Assembly: GCA_038496445.1 (NCBI GenBank)
Contig: JALMLS010000282.1
Span: forward strand, 1-64,000
Origin: Trichosphaerium sp. ATCC 40318
Lineage: Eukaryota; Protista; Tubulinea
DNA: 64,000 bases
Direction: 5' to 3'
Below the pieces are notes generated by a model. The model was not told the origin of the DNA, searched no databases, and was given only the letters and a program-made list of their open reading frames with translations. Every line of letters begins with the position of its first letter. Position 1 is the first letter of the stretch. The position numbers and the translations under genes were made by a program. This document shows positions 1-13,175 of this stretch, one piece after another.

Positions 1-2078
1 GTTTGTTTGTGAGATGTATTCATGTTTATCATGGGATAAACTCCATTTTCTATTCTTAGTGTGAAGAATGAGGTATTTCACTGTAGGAAGGTTAACAATG
101 TTATAGATATCTTCACCATCTTCTAGCATAATGGCTTCCAATGACGGGCAGTTAATTGATGAGTTGACATATGTTAATGAGTGTATGTGTAGTAATTTAA
201 GTGATGGTGAGAGTAGCTTTACCTCTTCTGGTTTAGCTACCCAACCAGTAACAAATGATCCAACCTCTAAGTTTGGATAATACACTTCTGGTATGTGCTT
301 TAAACACACTTGCTTTAGGTTTGGTGTATTGAGAGTTTTCTAATCAAGACATTAAGATGACTGTTCTAGCAATAGAAATCTAATTAAAACATACAAGTCC
401 TTCACAATCATCGCAGTCAAAAATCTCAAGTGTTGTTGATTCAATATGTGCTGGTAGTGCGCTTCTTCTTACTTTGAGTGTTTTGAGTTGCTTTAGGAGT
501 GAGGGAAATAACTAAAAGTAACAGTAAGCGGTTTAGGCAAGAAGTGTAGTAGGATATGGGAATTAGTAAAAGTAAAGTGAAAGTTGTGAAAGAAATTAAT
601 AGCAAGGCAAATGCTGACTTACATTCATAATTGTGTCATCAGCAATTTGAAACAGAGATAATACAATGAGGTTTGGCATATTAAATTCTTTTATATTGTC
701 ACTTACAGAACAACTTGCAAGGTGTAAAGATCTAGATAGTAAACAGTTTAATGCAATGAAGTAAGATAACCAAAAAAAAGATTGTTATTAGATGTACGTC
801 ACTTGAGGTAGATCAAATATATATCCACCAGTACCACTGTACTTTTTGATATATAGTTGTAGTATCTCTAGGCTTGGTATCTTTTTAAGACAAGAAATAA
901 ATGGCTGTTGTTTTAGCATTAAATGACTTTCAACCTTCAAGTGTTCTAGCCTATTGTGTATTAAAAGTCAGTTAACTTGTCTTGATGGGATGTTCCTTAC
1001 TCTTTGAAATAATGCACATTACTATCATCAATTGTCTTTCCACTACATAGGTTGCATGATAAATACCTCAAGTGTTGCAATTGTCTGTTGTATTTCAGTT
1101 AACATGACATTTTAAAAAAGCTAAAGCAAGGCTGTACTCTTTGGTAAAATAGGCAAGACTGTCGTCAAGCATTGAATATTCACCTAATGAAATATCAAGC
1201 TTAGCTATTGGGCACTCTGTCATTACTTCATCAACCCAATCCCATGAAAACTTAAAAATCAGCTAAGAAAGGAGGTTATTTAGTATGAGTTTACCTTTTG
1301 AAATTGTCCTGTAAAGTATTCTTTGCTATCAACAACCTATTGCTGCAAATTAGAATCAACAATGCATTATACTTTGGCACTAGTCAATAGTCAATGCCAA
1401 GGGATAGCTTCCATTGTGAGGATACCCTAGTTGTCACGCGGGCTTTTGGTGAGTGCTTCAATGTTATTTGTAGCAACCAGGTGCTATTATATTGTTGTAC
1501 AGTACGCACCAATGATTGAAGATTTTTGAATTCCTTTGCCATATCTTTCAAAGCACGACAATCATCATAGTCTAACCCCTCAGGAATAATACGTATTGAT
1601 CCAACTGATGGTTTGTTCGTAATCTTTTTGAGTGTGCTTCTAACAGAACCTGCTTCTACAATGAAGGCTGTAAGTTTGTGTAGAGAAGTTGAGTTTGTAA
1701 GCTAGGTTCACGTACTTGAAATAGTGATTTGTTTAAGCCAGTATCTTTGACACATGTCAAGCCAGTATTGACATACTAATTTACATACACCGTGATCACT
1801 AAAAGGCAGAAACTTGATGATGTGTATAAGAATTTCTAATGGCACTGTATCATTAACCTAGAAGTGAAACACATGGTTAGGTTTCTGCTGATGGGAAAAT
1901 AAATGTACATACACATAAAGTGTTTGCTGTTGCAACTTGTTGTATTCTCTTGGTAGACGGAGGTTGAGATGGTTGCTCAGACTCATCAGATAACCGTTGC
2001 TGTGGTTTTTGAACTTCATTTGACGATGATGTGTCGTTGCTTGAACTAGATAGTTGTTGTCTTTCTGTAGGCGGTGAC
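1..2078 (-). CDS. F-box/LRR protein, copy 1 (multi-exon; 5' end appears truncated at an inversion junction; 3' end runs off the window)
   Basis: Spliced exons give a Ser/Gln-rich N-terminus, then the F-box VPLEILIHIIKFLPFSDHGVCKLVCQYW, then LRR-like exons paralogous to 4525-7227. There is no in-frame ATG between the 2078 junction and the F-box exon. Confidence 0.75.
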
Positions 2079-3103
2079 AATACCTCATTCTTCACACTAA
2101 GAATAGAAAATGGAGTTTATCCCATGATAAACTTGAATACATCTCACAAACAAACTCTAAACATAGTCACAAAACTAATTCAGCAGTAATTGATTGTCCT
2201 TCACTTGTACGATTTAAATCTTTAGTTTGAGATAAAAGACATCTAATATTTTTTTTCTCTAGAAAGAGTTGTATCTCAGGCAAACAAAGTTTCCTCTTCT
2301 TTCAAATAGAACACGAGATATAACACACTTGGAGATAACAAATGTTTATGCCTTCAATAAGCCTTCAACCTTTCATACTATCAGCAAACTAGTCAACCTT
2401 GAAACTCTTATTATCAACAATCTTATTCATATATATGGCAAGGACATGAGTATATCTAATACATGTCTCAAGACATTGAGTGCGTTTTTTAGACCACACT
2501 TATTCATTGGTTGTTCTAACAGTTTCCCAAAACAGAATTGACGACCAACAAACTTGTTACAGGTTTAAAGCTCGAGACACCTCAATTAAGGTTTATATCT
2601 GTTTGTGGTTTCAGTGAGCTATCAAAGATATGTTGGGGTGATAATCCACTTAATAATCTTGAAACAATGATACTCAATGGAAACAGTGCTCTTGGTGATG
2701 AATCATTCAAAGGTCCTTTCAAGAAGTTTCCATTTCCTTCTCTTTTGTTTTTGAGTTTGAAAGGCACAGCCATTACTTCACAGACATTAGACATAATTGA
2801 AGAGAATTGTACTTATCTCAAATCAGTAAGTGCATTTCTTCCATAGTTCATACTATCAACGTTAATAACATTTAGGTGGACTTTTCTCGCCTCAGTAATA
2901 TTAAACCCAAAAGTGAATGCAAAAAATATGCAAAGAGGATAACAGGACAAACGAAGATCCAAGTAAATAAAACAGATGTACCAAGAGCGCCAACAAGACA
3001 ACCTTTACACTGGCAAGCAAAAATATACAAGAAGAGGTTGGACTGGAGAACTTGGACACCGTTCAAATGCAACAAAATGGATAAATACCGAAATAGAAAC
3101 TGA
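2079..3103 (+). pseudogene. Orphan 3' half of an F-box/LRR gene in inverted orientation, introns retained
   Basis: 2079-2155 is the reverse complement of 1-77 with 1 mismatch. ORFs 2269-2541, 2538-2846 and 2876-3103 match the last exons of the 4525-7227 paralog. No 5' exons precede it on the + strand. Confidence 0.75.
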
Positions 3104-4524
3104 AAGCCAGTTTGTATTGTATTGGTTAGAAAACGTTGTGAATGAACAATATAAAGTTGTGCTTCTAATATTTTGTTTGATGATTGAGTACCACGATAGG
3201 GTGTCCATTAAATACAAGACAGTTGAATCTAGTACTGTTAAGTAACTTAACCAGGAACAACTTTACTCCTTAGAGTACAAATACACGGTGGGCAATGGAC
3301 TTTGTATGTAGAGTATAATGAAGCAGATTGCTCAAAAAGTGCCCAATGTGTTCCATCAGCGCGATTGACGTCTGGCTGTATTGTAGCTGCTGTCATGTTA
3401 ACGGTTGAGGAGCTTGTGAAACAAGGAAATTACAAAAGGTGCACTCCACACTAAAAAAATAAAGCTCTTTTGAAGTGATTCTAAAGCTTTTTTACAAAGG
3501 TGATTGAGAAGCAAAACAACGCACTTTCAAATCTTACAAAGTGCTCAACATGCGCACCTGTCTCCAAACCACATCTTAACAAATAGTTGAAGCAAGGACT
3601 AATAGTGGTGGTTTCAGCGTTGTTGGAGTGCTTTCAACATGATAGTCCACCCTTCCAATAAGATATCTGGTTCAGTAGCAGGGTTGGTAGGTGGGTGAGG
3701 CAACTCTTCATTGGTATCGTCGGTGCTGATAGGTAAAGGAAGTTCATCTTTGACTTCAACAATTTCACTTAGCTAAAACTATACCAAGGGTAGACCCCAA
3801 GCTCCATGAAGAGTTTGTTGTACTACACTGTAATGCACATTCATGTAGTCGCCCTGGTCCTGTATTTAAGCTCTCTTAAGTCCAATAAACCAAACAAACT
3901 AGCTATACGGTACACTTGAGATAATTTCTGCAACATCTACCCCAAGCCATTGATTTGTGGTGACAACAAACTGAAAAATGGGATTACCACTTTTTTTTAT
4001 CAACAAACTGGGTCAATTCCATATGATTGTGACCATCGCTCTTAGACATACATCGCTAAATCCCTACCGTCTACTACAATTAAACAACATCGCTTGGAGG
4101 AGAACAATTTTGGTATGAATACTTAGCCGTGAACCTTGAGACCTTCCAAATATCTATGTACGCCTTCACGCCAAAGAAAACCAATCAAAATCAACAATGT
4201 CACCAATAATGTGAGGTATGGACTAGCGGACAATAGCAAGATAAATCGCTATTGTGTACATGACATTGTGATGTTGTTATGACCATTGTAGCTTAAGTTC
4301 TAGTGTATCCAAATAAAACAAAAGAAAAAAAAACTGGAGCACGTGACACTACTAGTTTAGGCCAACAGAGCGGAATGACTAAAAACAAGGAAATACATTT
4401 TTCTAAACAAATGTGCTAGTGAGAAAAATACTTGCATAAACCTTTGTCATGATACCGTTTGGTGTCAAAGCTTGTCATGGAAGTCAGACAAATCTAAAGA
4501 AGCAGTATTTATTTCATTTTATTC

Positions 4525-7227
4525 TTACTTAAATGGTGTCCAAGTGTTTTGGTCGAACATCTTCTTATACTCTTTTGCTTGCCAGTGTAAAGGTTGTCTT
4601 GTATGAGTGCTCAGCATATTTATATTTGCTTGAATTTCCTTTTGTCCTGTTGTCCTCTCTGCACATTTCTTACACTTTCTTTTATCTTTTACATTACGGA
4701 GGCTAGATAAGTCCACCTAAATGTATTTTAATGATAGATAGTACAAACTGTTAAAGAATTAAAAAAAAGAGAAGTGCACACCTTTTTTAGATTAGTACAG
4801 TTCTTTTCAATCAATTCCAATGTCTGTAAAGTAATGGCTGTGCCTTTCAAACTCAAAAACAAAAGAGAAGGAAATGGAAACTTCTTGAAAGGACCTTTGA
4901 ATGATTCATCACCTAGAGCACTGTTTCCATTGAGTATCATCGTTTCAAGATTATCAAGTGGATTATCACCCCAACATATCTTTGATAGCTCATTGAAACC
5001 ACAAACAGATATAAACCTTAATTGAGGTGTCTCGAGCTCCAAATTTTCAAGGGAAAATGATGATTTAGTGTTAGCTATCATCTCTGTTGACATTAGAACA
5101 ACCAATGAATGAGTATTGTCAAAAAAAAACGTACTCAAAGTCTTGAGACATTTATTGGATATACACATGTTACTTCCAAACATATGAATAAGATTGCTGA
5201 TAATAAGAGTTTCAAGGTTGACAAGTTCCTCGATAGTATGAAAGGTTGAAGGCCTATTCAAGTCACCGGCATCTGTTATCTCCAAGTGTGTTATATTTCT
5301 TGTTCTACTTGAAAAGCAAGGGAAGCGTGAGTGCTCGAGATACAACTCTTTCTAGAGAAAGAAAAGATTAGATGTCTTTTATCTCAAACTAAAGATTTAA
5401 ATTGTACAAGTGAAGGACAATCAAGTACTATTGAAGTTAAATTGTCTTTGGCTTTTTCTACTGTTTGTGAGATGTATTCTAGTTTATCATGAGATAAACT
5501 CCATTTTCTGGCCTCAGCCTGAAAAATGAGGTACTTAACAGTAGGAAGAATAGCAATCTTACTAACGTTATAACAACAATCTACCATAATGGCTTCCAAT
5601 GATGGGCAATTCATTGACAAGTTGATTTTTGTTAATGAGTACACACGTAACAATCTAAGTGATGGTGGTAGTAACTTTGCTTCACCAGTAGCCCAATATC
5701 CAACCTCTAAGTTTGGATAATGTACTTCTAGTTTATCTGGTATAAAACGCAACAATGCTCGCTTTAGATTTGGTGTATTGAGAGTTTTCTAAGTAAGACG
5801 TTAAAACAAGTGTACTTCAATAGAAATCTGATTAAAACATACAAGCTTTCGACAGTAACAACAGTCAAAAATCTCAAGTGTTGTTGATTCAATATGTTCT
5901 AGTAATGTGCTTTGCCTCACTTTCAGTGTTTTGAGTTGCTTCAGGAGTGAAGGGAATACCTAAATATAACAGTAAAGTTGCAAGCAAACAAAAGTTAAAG
6001 ATCATCTGATACTGACTTACATCCAATGTTGAGTCATCATTAACATCGTCAAGAGATAATATGGTGAGGTTTGGCATATTAAATTCTTTTATGCTTGTAC
6101 ATTCATACCCTAAATTTAGTAGCTTTAAAGATCTATTTGTATGTGTAAGCAAGAGTAAAACAAATGGTATTAATAATGGAATAGTGTTTACGTCACTTGA
6201 GGAAGATCAAATATATAACCTTCGCTCTGAAATATGATATGAAGTTGTAGTATCTCTAGACTCGGTATCTTTTTAAGACAAGAAATAAATGGCTGTTGAT
6301 GCTCTGAATTACTTCTAACTTTTAAGTGTTCTAACCTGTTTGTGGTGTCAACAAACAAATATACAAATAAAATGAAAGCAGGCTATGTCGTACTGTTTGA
6401 AGTAGTGTACAGTTTTTTCATTGATCATGTCAGTATTCTGTAATTCACATGATAAATACCTCAAATGCTGCAGTTGTCTGTTGTTCAAATGGAACAAGTT
6501 AGTAAATAAGAAATCCATTAAAACAGCACTCATACTCTTTGGTACATTTACTAATCTGTTTGTCAAGTGTTGTATAGTCAAGTGAAACATCAAGCTCAGT
6601 GATTGGACACTCCGACATTATTTCATAAAAGCAATCCAATGAAAGTGACATCTTGTCACAGCTAGACACAACCTACAGCTCAATGTTTGTATTCATATGG
6701 GTGAAGAGGCAAGGAGTACATTACGCACCAATGATTGAAGATTTTTAAATTGTTTTGCCATTTCTTTCAAAGCACAACAATCGTCTTGTTGTAACTGCTT
6801 CGGAATAATACGTATTGATCCAATAGATTGTTTATTTGAGATCTTTTTGAGTGTTTTTCTAACAGAACCTGATTAGGCTGTAAGTTACTGTGGAGAAGTT
6901 GATGTTTGGATAGGTACACGCACCTGAAATAGTGATTTCTTTGAGCAGGTATCTTTGACACATGTCAAGCCAGTATTGACACTAATTTACAGACACTGTG
7001 ATTGCTATAGGGCAGAAAACTAATGATGTGCACAAGTACTTCCAGTGGTACAGTATCGTTTACCTTTTTTTGTTTTAGTCAATAAGAATAAAATAAGAAA
7101 AGAATATATTGCGCACACATGATCCATTTGTGTTTGGCGAAACTCCTTGTTTTCTCTTTGTAGATGGTTGCTGAACATTATCAGATAATGGCAGGCGTTG
7201 GGCTTCATCTGTATTTGTACTCTACAT
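4525..7227 (-). CDS. F-box/LRR protein, copy 2 (multi-exon; start uncertain)
   Basis: F-box exon near 6920-7060 aligns with copy 1. LRR exons correspond to ORFs 5384-5755, 4728-5345 and 4525-4716. The apparent ATG at 7227 is followed directly by TAG, which is either a nonsense change or a splice acceptor. Confidence 0.75.
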
Positions 7228-7300
7228 CTGTTTAATACAATACTGACACGTGATAAGTTCTCGTGAGGCAAAAAGAAAATTTTTAAGTCAAAGTGAAAAC

Positions 7301-7743
7301 TTATTCCTGGTGACCCACGTGATATAACAGTAGACTATTGTCGCAAAGGACAAAAGCTTCAAACTATGAACAACAAAGAGTAAAACTGAAAATGAGGTAT
7401 TATACGTACTGGTGCTATGTGAAAGACTTGTGTTTGCTTTGAATTGAGGATATTCTGCAGTTTAGAGATTTCTTGAACGAATAACAAAAGCCGTAAATCT
7501 TGTTTTGACGTCAGTCAACACTTTCACGTTATTTTAGTGCGTACCAGCGCCGATAGACATTGTATTTTTTATTTGTGCGCTAGTTAATGACATCAATTGT
7601 TTTCCGTCTAAATTCAACTTTCTAGTAGCATTTTAGTGCGGTTTTGTCTAAATTAAATTGTACTTTGCCTGTTTTGACACTTCTTCAAGACCCACGCTTT
7701 CTAACCAGCCACATACCTCATCTACAGTCCAGTACCTGTCCAT
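7301..7743 (-). CDS. Small SAM-domain protein (about 100 aa, 4 exons)
   Basis: Spliced product MDRYWTVDEVCGWLESVGLEEVSKQAK-KLNLDGKQLMSLTSAQIKNTMSIGA-DLRLLLFVQEISKLQ matches the SAM consensus (WtvedVxxWL, ldGxxLlxLt). Intron phases are consistent (exon 1 7743-7664, exon 2 7621-7545). Confidence 0.7.
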
Positions 7744-8168
7744 AGCGGCAATCTAATTGCCTTTTTAAGCTATTAACACAAACAGTTAAGCTCAGTCTCG
7801 GACCAAACTACAACTGTTTGTGGCACACAAATTTACTAGCTTTAAGCTGTAAGAGTTTCGTTGAACCGAAAAGATGTAACTGTAGCTTTCATGGATAATG
7901 CCAACTTCAATCCAGAATCCTACACGTCATCACTTGTTTACGTCAGTTCAAGATGAGTTTTGGAACATTTTGTTTTTTGTTTTATTTTTACATACAATAC
8001 ATTACATGTGTTTAATACCATTATGTGGCTCAATCCTTAAGTAAGGCTTAAATACTTTAATTATGCCTTTCAGCGCGATTGATAGCAGGTTATAGTCGAG
8101 AGAATCACCATAAAAGTAGTAAAAAGACGTTGTCTTTTTTCTTTTTTTCTTTTTTTTCTTGGATGGAT

Positions 8169-9736
8169 TCAGAACTCCATATCCATCATATCATCACTAT
8201 CTTCTCCATTGTGAAGTTGAAGGTACATCCGTAAAAGATTAGGTATATTTTCTTCACCATTTTGTATACAACGCGCAATAAAATTACGAATAATCTCTGA
8301 GAAAAAGAGTAAGAACAAAACACATCAGAAATATAAAACAGTTTTTTTTGCATTTCTTGGTCCATTTACCTTCATCATGCTGAGGAGGTTGGTTATCCAT
8401 TTGATTATCGCCTGCGCCTTCTATTACTATAGAACATATTTGTTAGAACCATTCATGGACGTAAAAGTATCACTTTAAAAAAACTAGTAATTTTTTCAAG
8501 CATACCTTGATTACATCGCATAGCCTCACACCATTGATCAGCCACACCAACGCCAAGTTCTGTATCATGACTTTCCATATCTTTAGGTGTTATACCCTCT
8601 GGCTTTAATGGCATATTCCACGAAGTGAATATAACCTGAAACAAAAAAAAAATTAAAAAACCAATTTCACCTCAAAGACACAAGTACTGCACGTGACTGC
8701 TGTCCCTGTACTGGATATCCTCATAACAACGTACCCAACAACTTTGTAACATAAATCCCCAATTATCTTTATGGCGGCTAACTACATAAGCCGGGAAATG
8801 TCCAATCTGTATAAACGACCCTACATACAAGTAAGTCATTACTCATTTTTTCCTCTCTCAACGAGTTCATTGAAATCCCCTGGTTTAGTACTAAAACAAC
8901 AAAAAAGAGAAAAAGTGACTTGACGTCTAAATTAATCAAAGCTACTTGACACGTCTTTCGTAATTAAAAAAAACGGGATCAGTGCGTAATTTAGGTTATA
9001 ACCCTTATAATATAACTTTTGTAGACCACCATAAAGTAAATGAAGCCATTACAGAGGTGTCATACCTTTAGGTCCTTTTTTCCCAGCTGTAGATTTAACA
9101 AAACGCCATTTGAAACTAGCCCAAGCTTCTCTCTTTAGTGGTTCATTATCTAGCCTCTCTAAATCTCCATTTGGGGCATAGCGGACAATAAGCGGAGCTC
9201 TTCCACTCCACCAAGGGTCTAGTTCTGTCCAACCAGAACCTATAATCAAGTAAACGCCAGAAGGCAACACGAGGGATCAAACAAAAGCAAGAAAATCTAT
9301 TTAAATTTCCATTCGGTTTTTTTTTTGTAGACTAGAACACGCGTTGCAATTGAACGCTTTGCTTGCAAGTAACGGTTCATAGCAATTAATTAACGAAAGT
9401 AAAGTTGTGACACCGCTAGCTTACTTCAAACGGACTAACCGTACCCGCTGTTGCTTTGTATCTGAAATTCCAGTGGAATTTTGTAAGCTCTTCCATTGTT
9501 AGAGACGTTCTGTGCGCGTCTTGAATAGAGAATATGAGAGCTTCCTTTGGTGATCTCTTACGCATTTCTATCGCCTTCTGAGGTACGTATACTTTACTAC
9601 GCCATACGTCATAACATAAGGAGTCCCATAGAAGGGGATGATCGGCTATTCCCGTCCATCTTTTGCAAACTGATCTACAGGCTTGCAAGTCCGGTATATG
9701 GAGAAATCGGAACACAGCAAAGAGCGAATCGTCCAT
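8169..9736 (-). CDS. F-box protein with uncharacterised C-terminal domain
   Basis: N-terminal F-box (SLFAVFRFLHIPDLQACRSVCKRW...LW). Exons ORF 9049-9270 and ORF 8453-8644 follow, then an acidic tail ending DMMDMEF* at 8169. Confidence 0.75.
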
Positions 9737-10324
9737 TACTGTGCGTATTAGAAAGTGCTTGTTGAAAAAATAAACTACGGTTACCTAGCGCCTCAAATCA
9801 GTGCCTGGGTGCGCATAAACTGGTTTATACGTACTTGGTAGGATAAATTTAACAAAACAATGGTTCCAAGTGCGTCCAAGTACGGTGACGATTGTACGTG
9901 CGCGTCCGAACGAGTTTTGAAGGGTGTTGCGTTGTTTTTCTAACAACAGTTAAGGTATGAAAATTGCGGAATAAATATTTGATCCGCACCAAACGAGTAG
10001 CGCAATGTCATATTGACACCCACTGGGTAGGTAAACGAAGGGTTACAATGAAGTCCAATAATGGTACTCGCAGATAAACACCAAAAAGTCCATGATATGT
10101 TGTCGTATACCAATGGCGCTCACAGCTAACGATTACGTAACACAACCGTGCCTAATTTGCACAAAAATAACGCTGAGACTAGCACGAACGCATCGTGCGC
10201 TACTGGGGGCACATTAAATTAAACAACTAAGAAAGTGTCGTTTATTTTGATTACATTTACTCAAGGATCGGTTATACCCTACGACCCGCGTAAAAACAAC
10301 CTCAATGACGTATTTACAAACGAT

Positions 10325-11312
10325 TTACGTCTCTTTTTTGTCCTCTTCCTCTTTTTTATTCAACTCTTTAGCTGCAGCTTGTTGTAGCTTTTGTCCGGCT
10401 ACAGCTAGGTTTGCTAGAACTCCTGGTGCCTTTTGAAACGATTTAGTTGCCGAAAAACAATTTTCAAAAAAAAAGTTCAGATATGGAGACTCAAAGACGT
10501 TACCTGTTGTATTGCTTGGGTAACACCTTCTTTCGTTGCCTTAAGAACATTTTTCGAAGCGTCATCAACAAATTTATCAATAGACTAAACATAATTAGTC
10601 GTTAACCTCGTTGTTATCAACGCAAAATTTTATCACGTGATAGTACAAAAAATAATCTTTTCCAAAAAAAAAATTACGGCTTTCAAGCTGTTGACGTACG
10701 CCTTCTCTTGATTTGAGGAAAGGTTGGACATAAGCTTTGTATAGCTGTGCTGCGAGGTTGAGGGAAGGTATTTGAAGGGCAATCATCAAAGCGAGCTTCA
10801 TCTCATAGTAGAACGGGAACCAGAAGAGAATAGTATCCGAGAAACACTACTACGAGGTTAGCGCTGAGGTTAAAAAAACTTAATTCAATGCCGTTAGTTT
10901 AAAAAACCAGGTTTCATCTGTTGCGTCCGGTACAAACGCCCGAACGCACGGGAAAGAGCACGTGGGGTGGTAAAATAATTTGTTTTGCAGAGCTAAAAAA
11001 TAAGGACTTTGGCGCACCTCAATCAAACTAAAACTAGCATACACTACCCAGTAGGTTAACCACTGTTTATCATCATCAGGTTCTGGTGTCTCCAAAGCCT
11101 TGAAAGAAGCGTATGTTGGGTAAACAACACCGACAAAGTTGCTAGAAGAAGAAGGTAAGGCCGTGAGTAATATCCGGAATCTTTCGGTTTAGGAGTAAGC
11201 TCAAAATATTAATTCTTTGCGTTCCGATAGTCTTTGTATCTTTCTATCGGGGAAGGATTTACCGCTGGGAACAAATGACGTACCAAAGAAAAGAAGAGAT
11301 GTAACCGCCCAT
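10325..11312 (-). CDS. TB2/DP1/HVA22 family (REEP/Yop1-like) ER-shaping protein
   Basis: [33 protein letters not shown] and [10 protein letters not shown] are signature motifs of the family. Five GT-AG-joined exons. Confidence 0.9.
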
Positions 11313-11528
11313 GATTTGATTTAGTTTTTCTGTTGACTCAGCGATACCAAAGTTCACATTTTTGACGGATACTTTTTTCCTCTGTTCCACCTTGTGAAAA
11401 TAAAGAACGGGTATAATATTGTGTACAACAAGAAATAGGGTATTTGTAGGAACAAACACAGATTCGTCACGTGATCGCTACTGGCTGAAAGAAGACAACA
11501 TTTATTTTTTGGATGGTAAAAATTGTGT

Positions 11529-12467
11529 TTATTTAGGTACTGTTATGCCGTGCTCTTTGACTCCTTTGGAGTATATGCTACAAGAATGAAGATCTCCTTT
11601 ATCTGTCATTACAGTAACAACACCGTCTTTGAGTCCATTTATGTAGTAGCTATGTTCTTGTAGTTGTCCGTTTGAATGATGTTGTTTATATTCTCCGTCT
11701 TTTTTACCATTTTTATACTCGCATTTTGAGTATAGTTGTCCATTTCTGTGCCAATAGTTATGTTCTCCTATTTTCTTACCATCTCTGTAATGTCCTTGTG
11801 ACAGTTTAAAACCATTACGACGCCAGACTTGGCAGCAGCCGTGTTTTTTCCCGTTTCTATAAAAGCTTCTTTTGTAAAGCTTTCCATTGTCAAACCATTC
11901 TTTACATTTTCCTTCAGCCTGACCCATATCATTGTATGAGCATTGTTCTTTAAGGACACCGCTCCTTGAGTATAGTTTGTGCATGTTATCGCATCGTTGC
12001 CACCGGATACGACCATTTCTGTACCAACTTATCCACAAGCCAGTAGGAACTAAATCTGTATCAAAGCGCGTCATCTGTGCGGCTTTTTTGTTCAACAACG
12101 GCCATTTTAGGTATGTATCTTTGTCCAGTGATGTTATATATTGCTGTATCTCAGGCGGAAGTAGGAGTAAAGAACACGTGATATCATTGTTGACGTCACG
12201 TGTGGATATTTTTGTATCGTTTGTTAAACTCTTCGGTTCATATGTAATATTACACCTACGGCGTAGACTTAGAATATGCAAGCGTAGTGATCGCGTCAAA
12301 AGATCTTTAGATTGTGAAAAATAATGTACAAAAAAAAAACTGGGGTAAAAACCCAAACAGAGGCGAGGAATAGAAGTGACAAGGGCGCCAACGAAGTTTT
12401 GTGATGGTGAAAATATTTTACCGAAAACACCTACCTTGTAATTGTTCTGTATAACCTTTTGGTGCAT
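11529..12467 (-). CDS. F-box-like plus MORN-variant (YwqK-like) repeat protein, apparently intronless
   Basis: Single long ORF containing LLLLPPEIQQYI...YLKWPLL, then repeats of the form YxNGKKxGxxxxWxxNGQL. Paralog of 57086-57745. First in-frame ATG is at 12467; the true start is uncertain. Confidence 0.75.
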   Translation of the reverse strand: MHQKVIQNNYKVGVFGKIFSPSQNFVGALVTSIPRLCLGFYPSFFFVHYFSQSKDLLTRSLRLHILSLRRRCNITYEPKSLTNDTKISTRDVNNDITCSLLLLPPEIQQYITSLDKDTYLKWPLLNKKAAQMTRFDTDLVPTGLWISWYRNGRIRWQRCDNMHKLYSRSGVLKEQCSYNDMGQAEGKCKEWFDNGKLYKRSFYRNGKKHGCCQVWRRNGFKLSQGHYRDGKKIGEHNYWHRNGQLYSKCEYKNGKKDGEYKQHHSNGQLQEHSYYINGLKDGVVTVMTDKGDLHSCSIYSKGVKEHGITVPK

Positions 12468-13175
12468 GGTAATGTATCTCTTCTTTGTGTAAGCATCTGT
12501 GGTGTTCGTGTTGTTACTTTTATAAAAATGGTGAATGTTTAAACCGACCAACGTTCATGTGGGTTAACTTTATTTTCAATGAAATCCTGATGTTACACGC
12601 TCAATCACGGGTTATCTCATAACGCCACATATAACGAATGTGTTCGTATGTGTTGTGTCGGGGTTTGTGGGTACATAAGAGAGATGTGATAGCTGAATTC
12701 AAAGCAGTCTTGTTAACAAACTGTTGAGTGTGAAGCTAAAAGTAATCTCATTTTAAACACCATTCTATTCGTGTATTTTTCTACAGAAACCACTGCAGAG
12801 TAAATACTATTGTTGTAACGAAACGTTCAAAACTACATGACCAATCTGTCAACTGTGCATAAAAATATCGCGATATTGCATCACTATGTCACAATGGATA
12901 TAGGGCGCAGTTTGTGGTTGGATACTCCGTGATTGAGAATTGTTCTAAAATGAGTTTAAAGGGGTGACAAGTTCGCTTAGTAGCGAACAAACGCCTTTTC
13001 TTCATGGATACTTATTATTGTTTAGTGGAGTTTACTGAAACCTCCGAGTGAGCTTCTTCTTCCGAAAGGAATGAAGTTCTCCATAAGACTTTGTAGTCTT
13101 TACTTATTGTATAACAGAAGTTTTTATTTATTGAAAGGTTCATCACATTTTTCGCTCAAATTTCTTGATAATGTA

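Noticed and set aside
3110-4450. Coding-like fragments between the F-box/LRR copies
   Set aside because: Frames are interrupted by stops and no family could be recognised.
7222-7227. ATG immediately followed by in-frame TAG, suggesting stop-codon reassignment
   Set aside because: Conserved genes end in TAA, TAG or TGA and long exons have no internal stops. A nonsense mutation or splice acceptor explains it.
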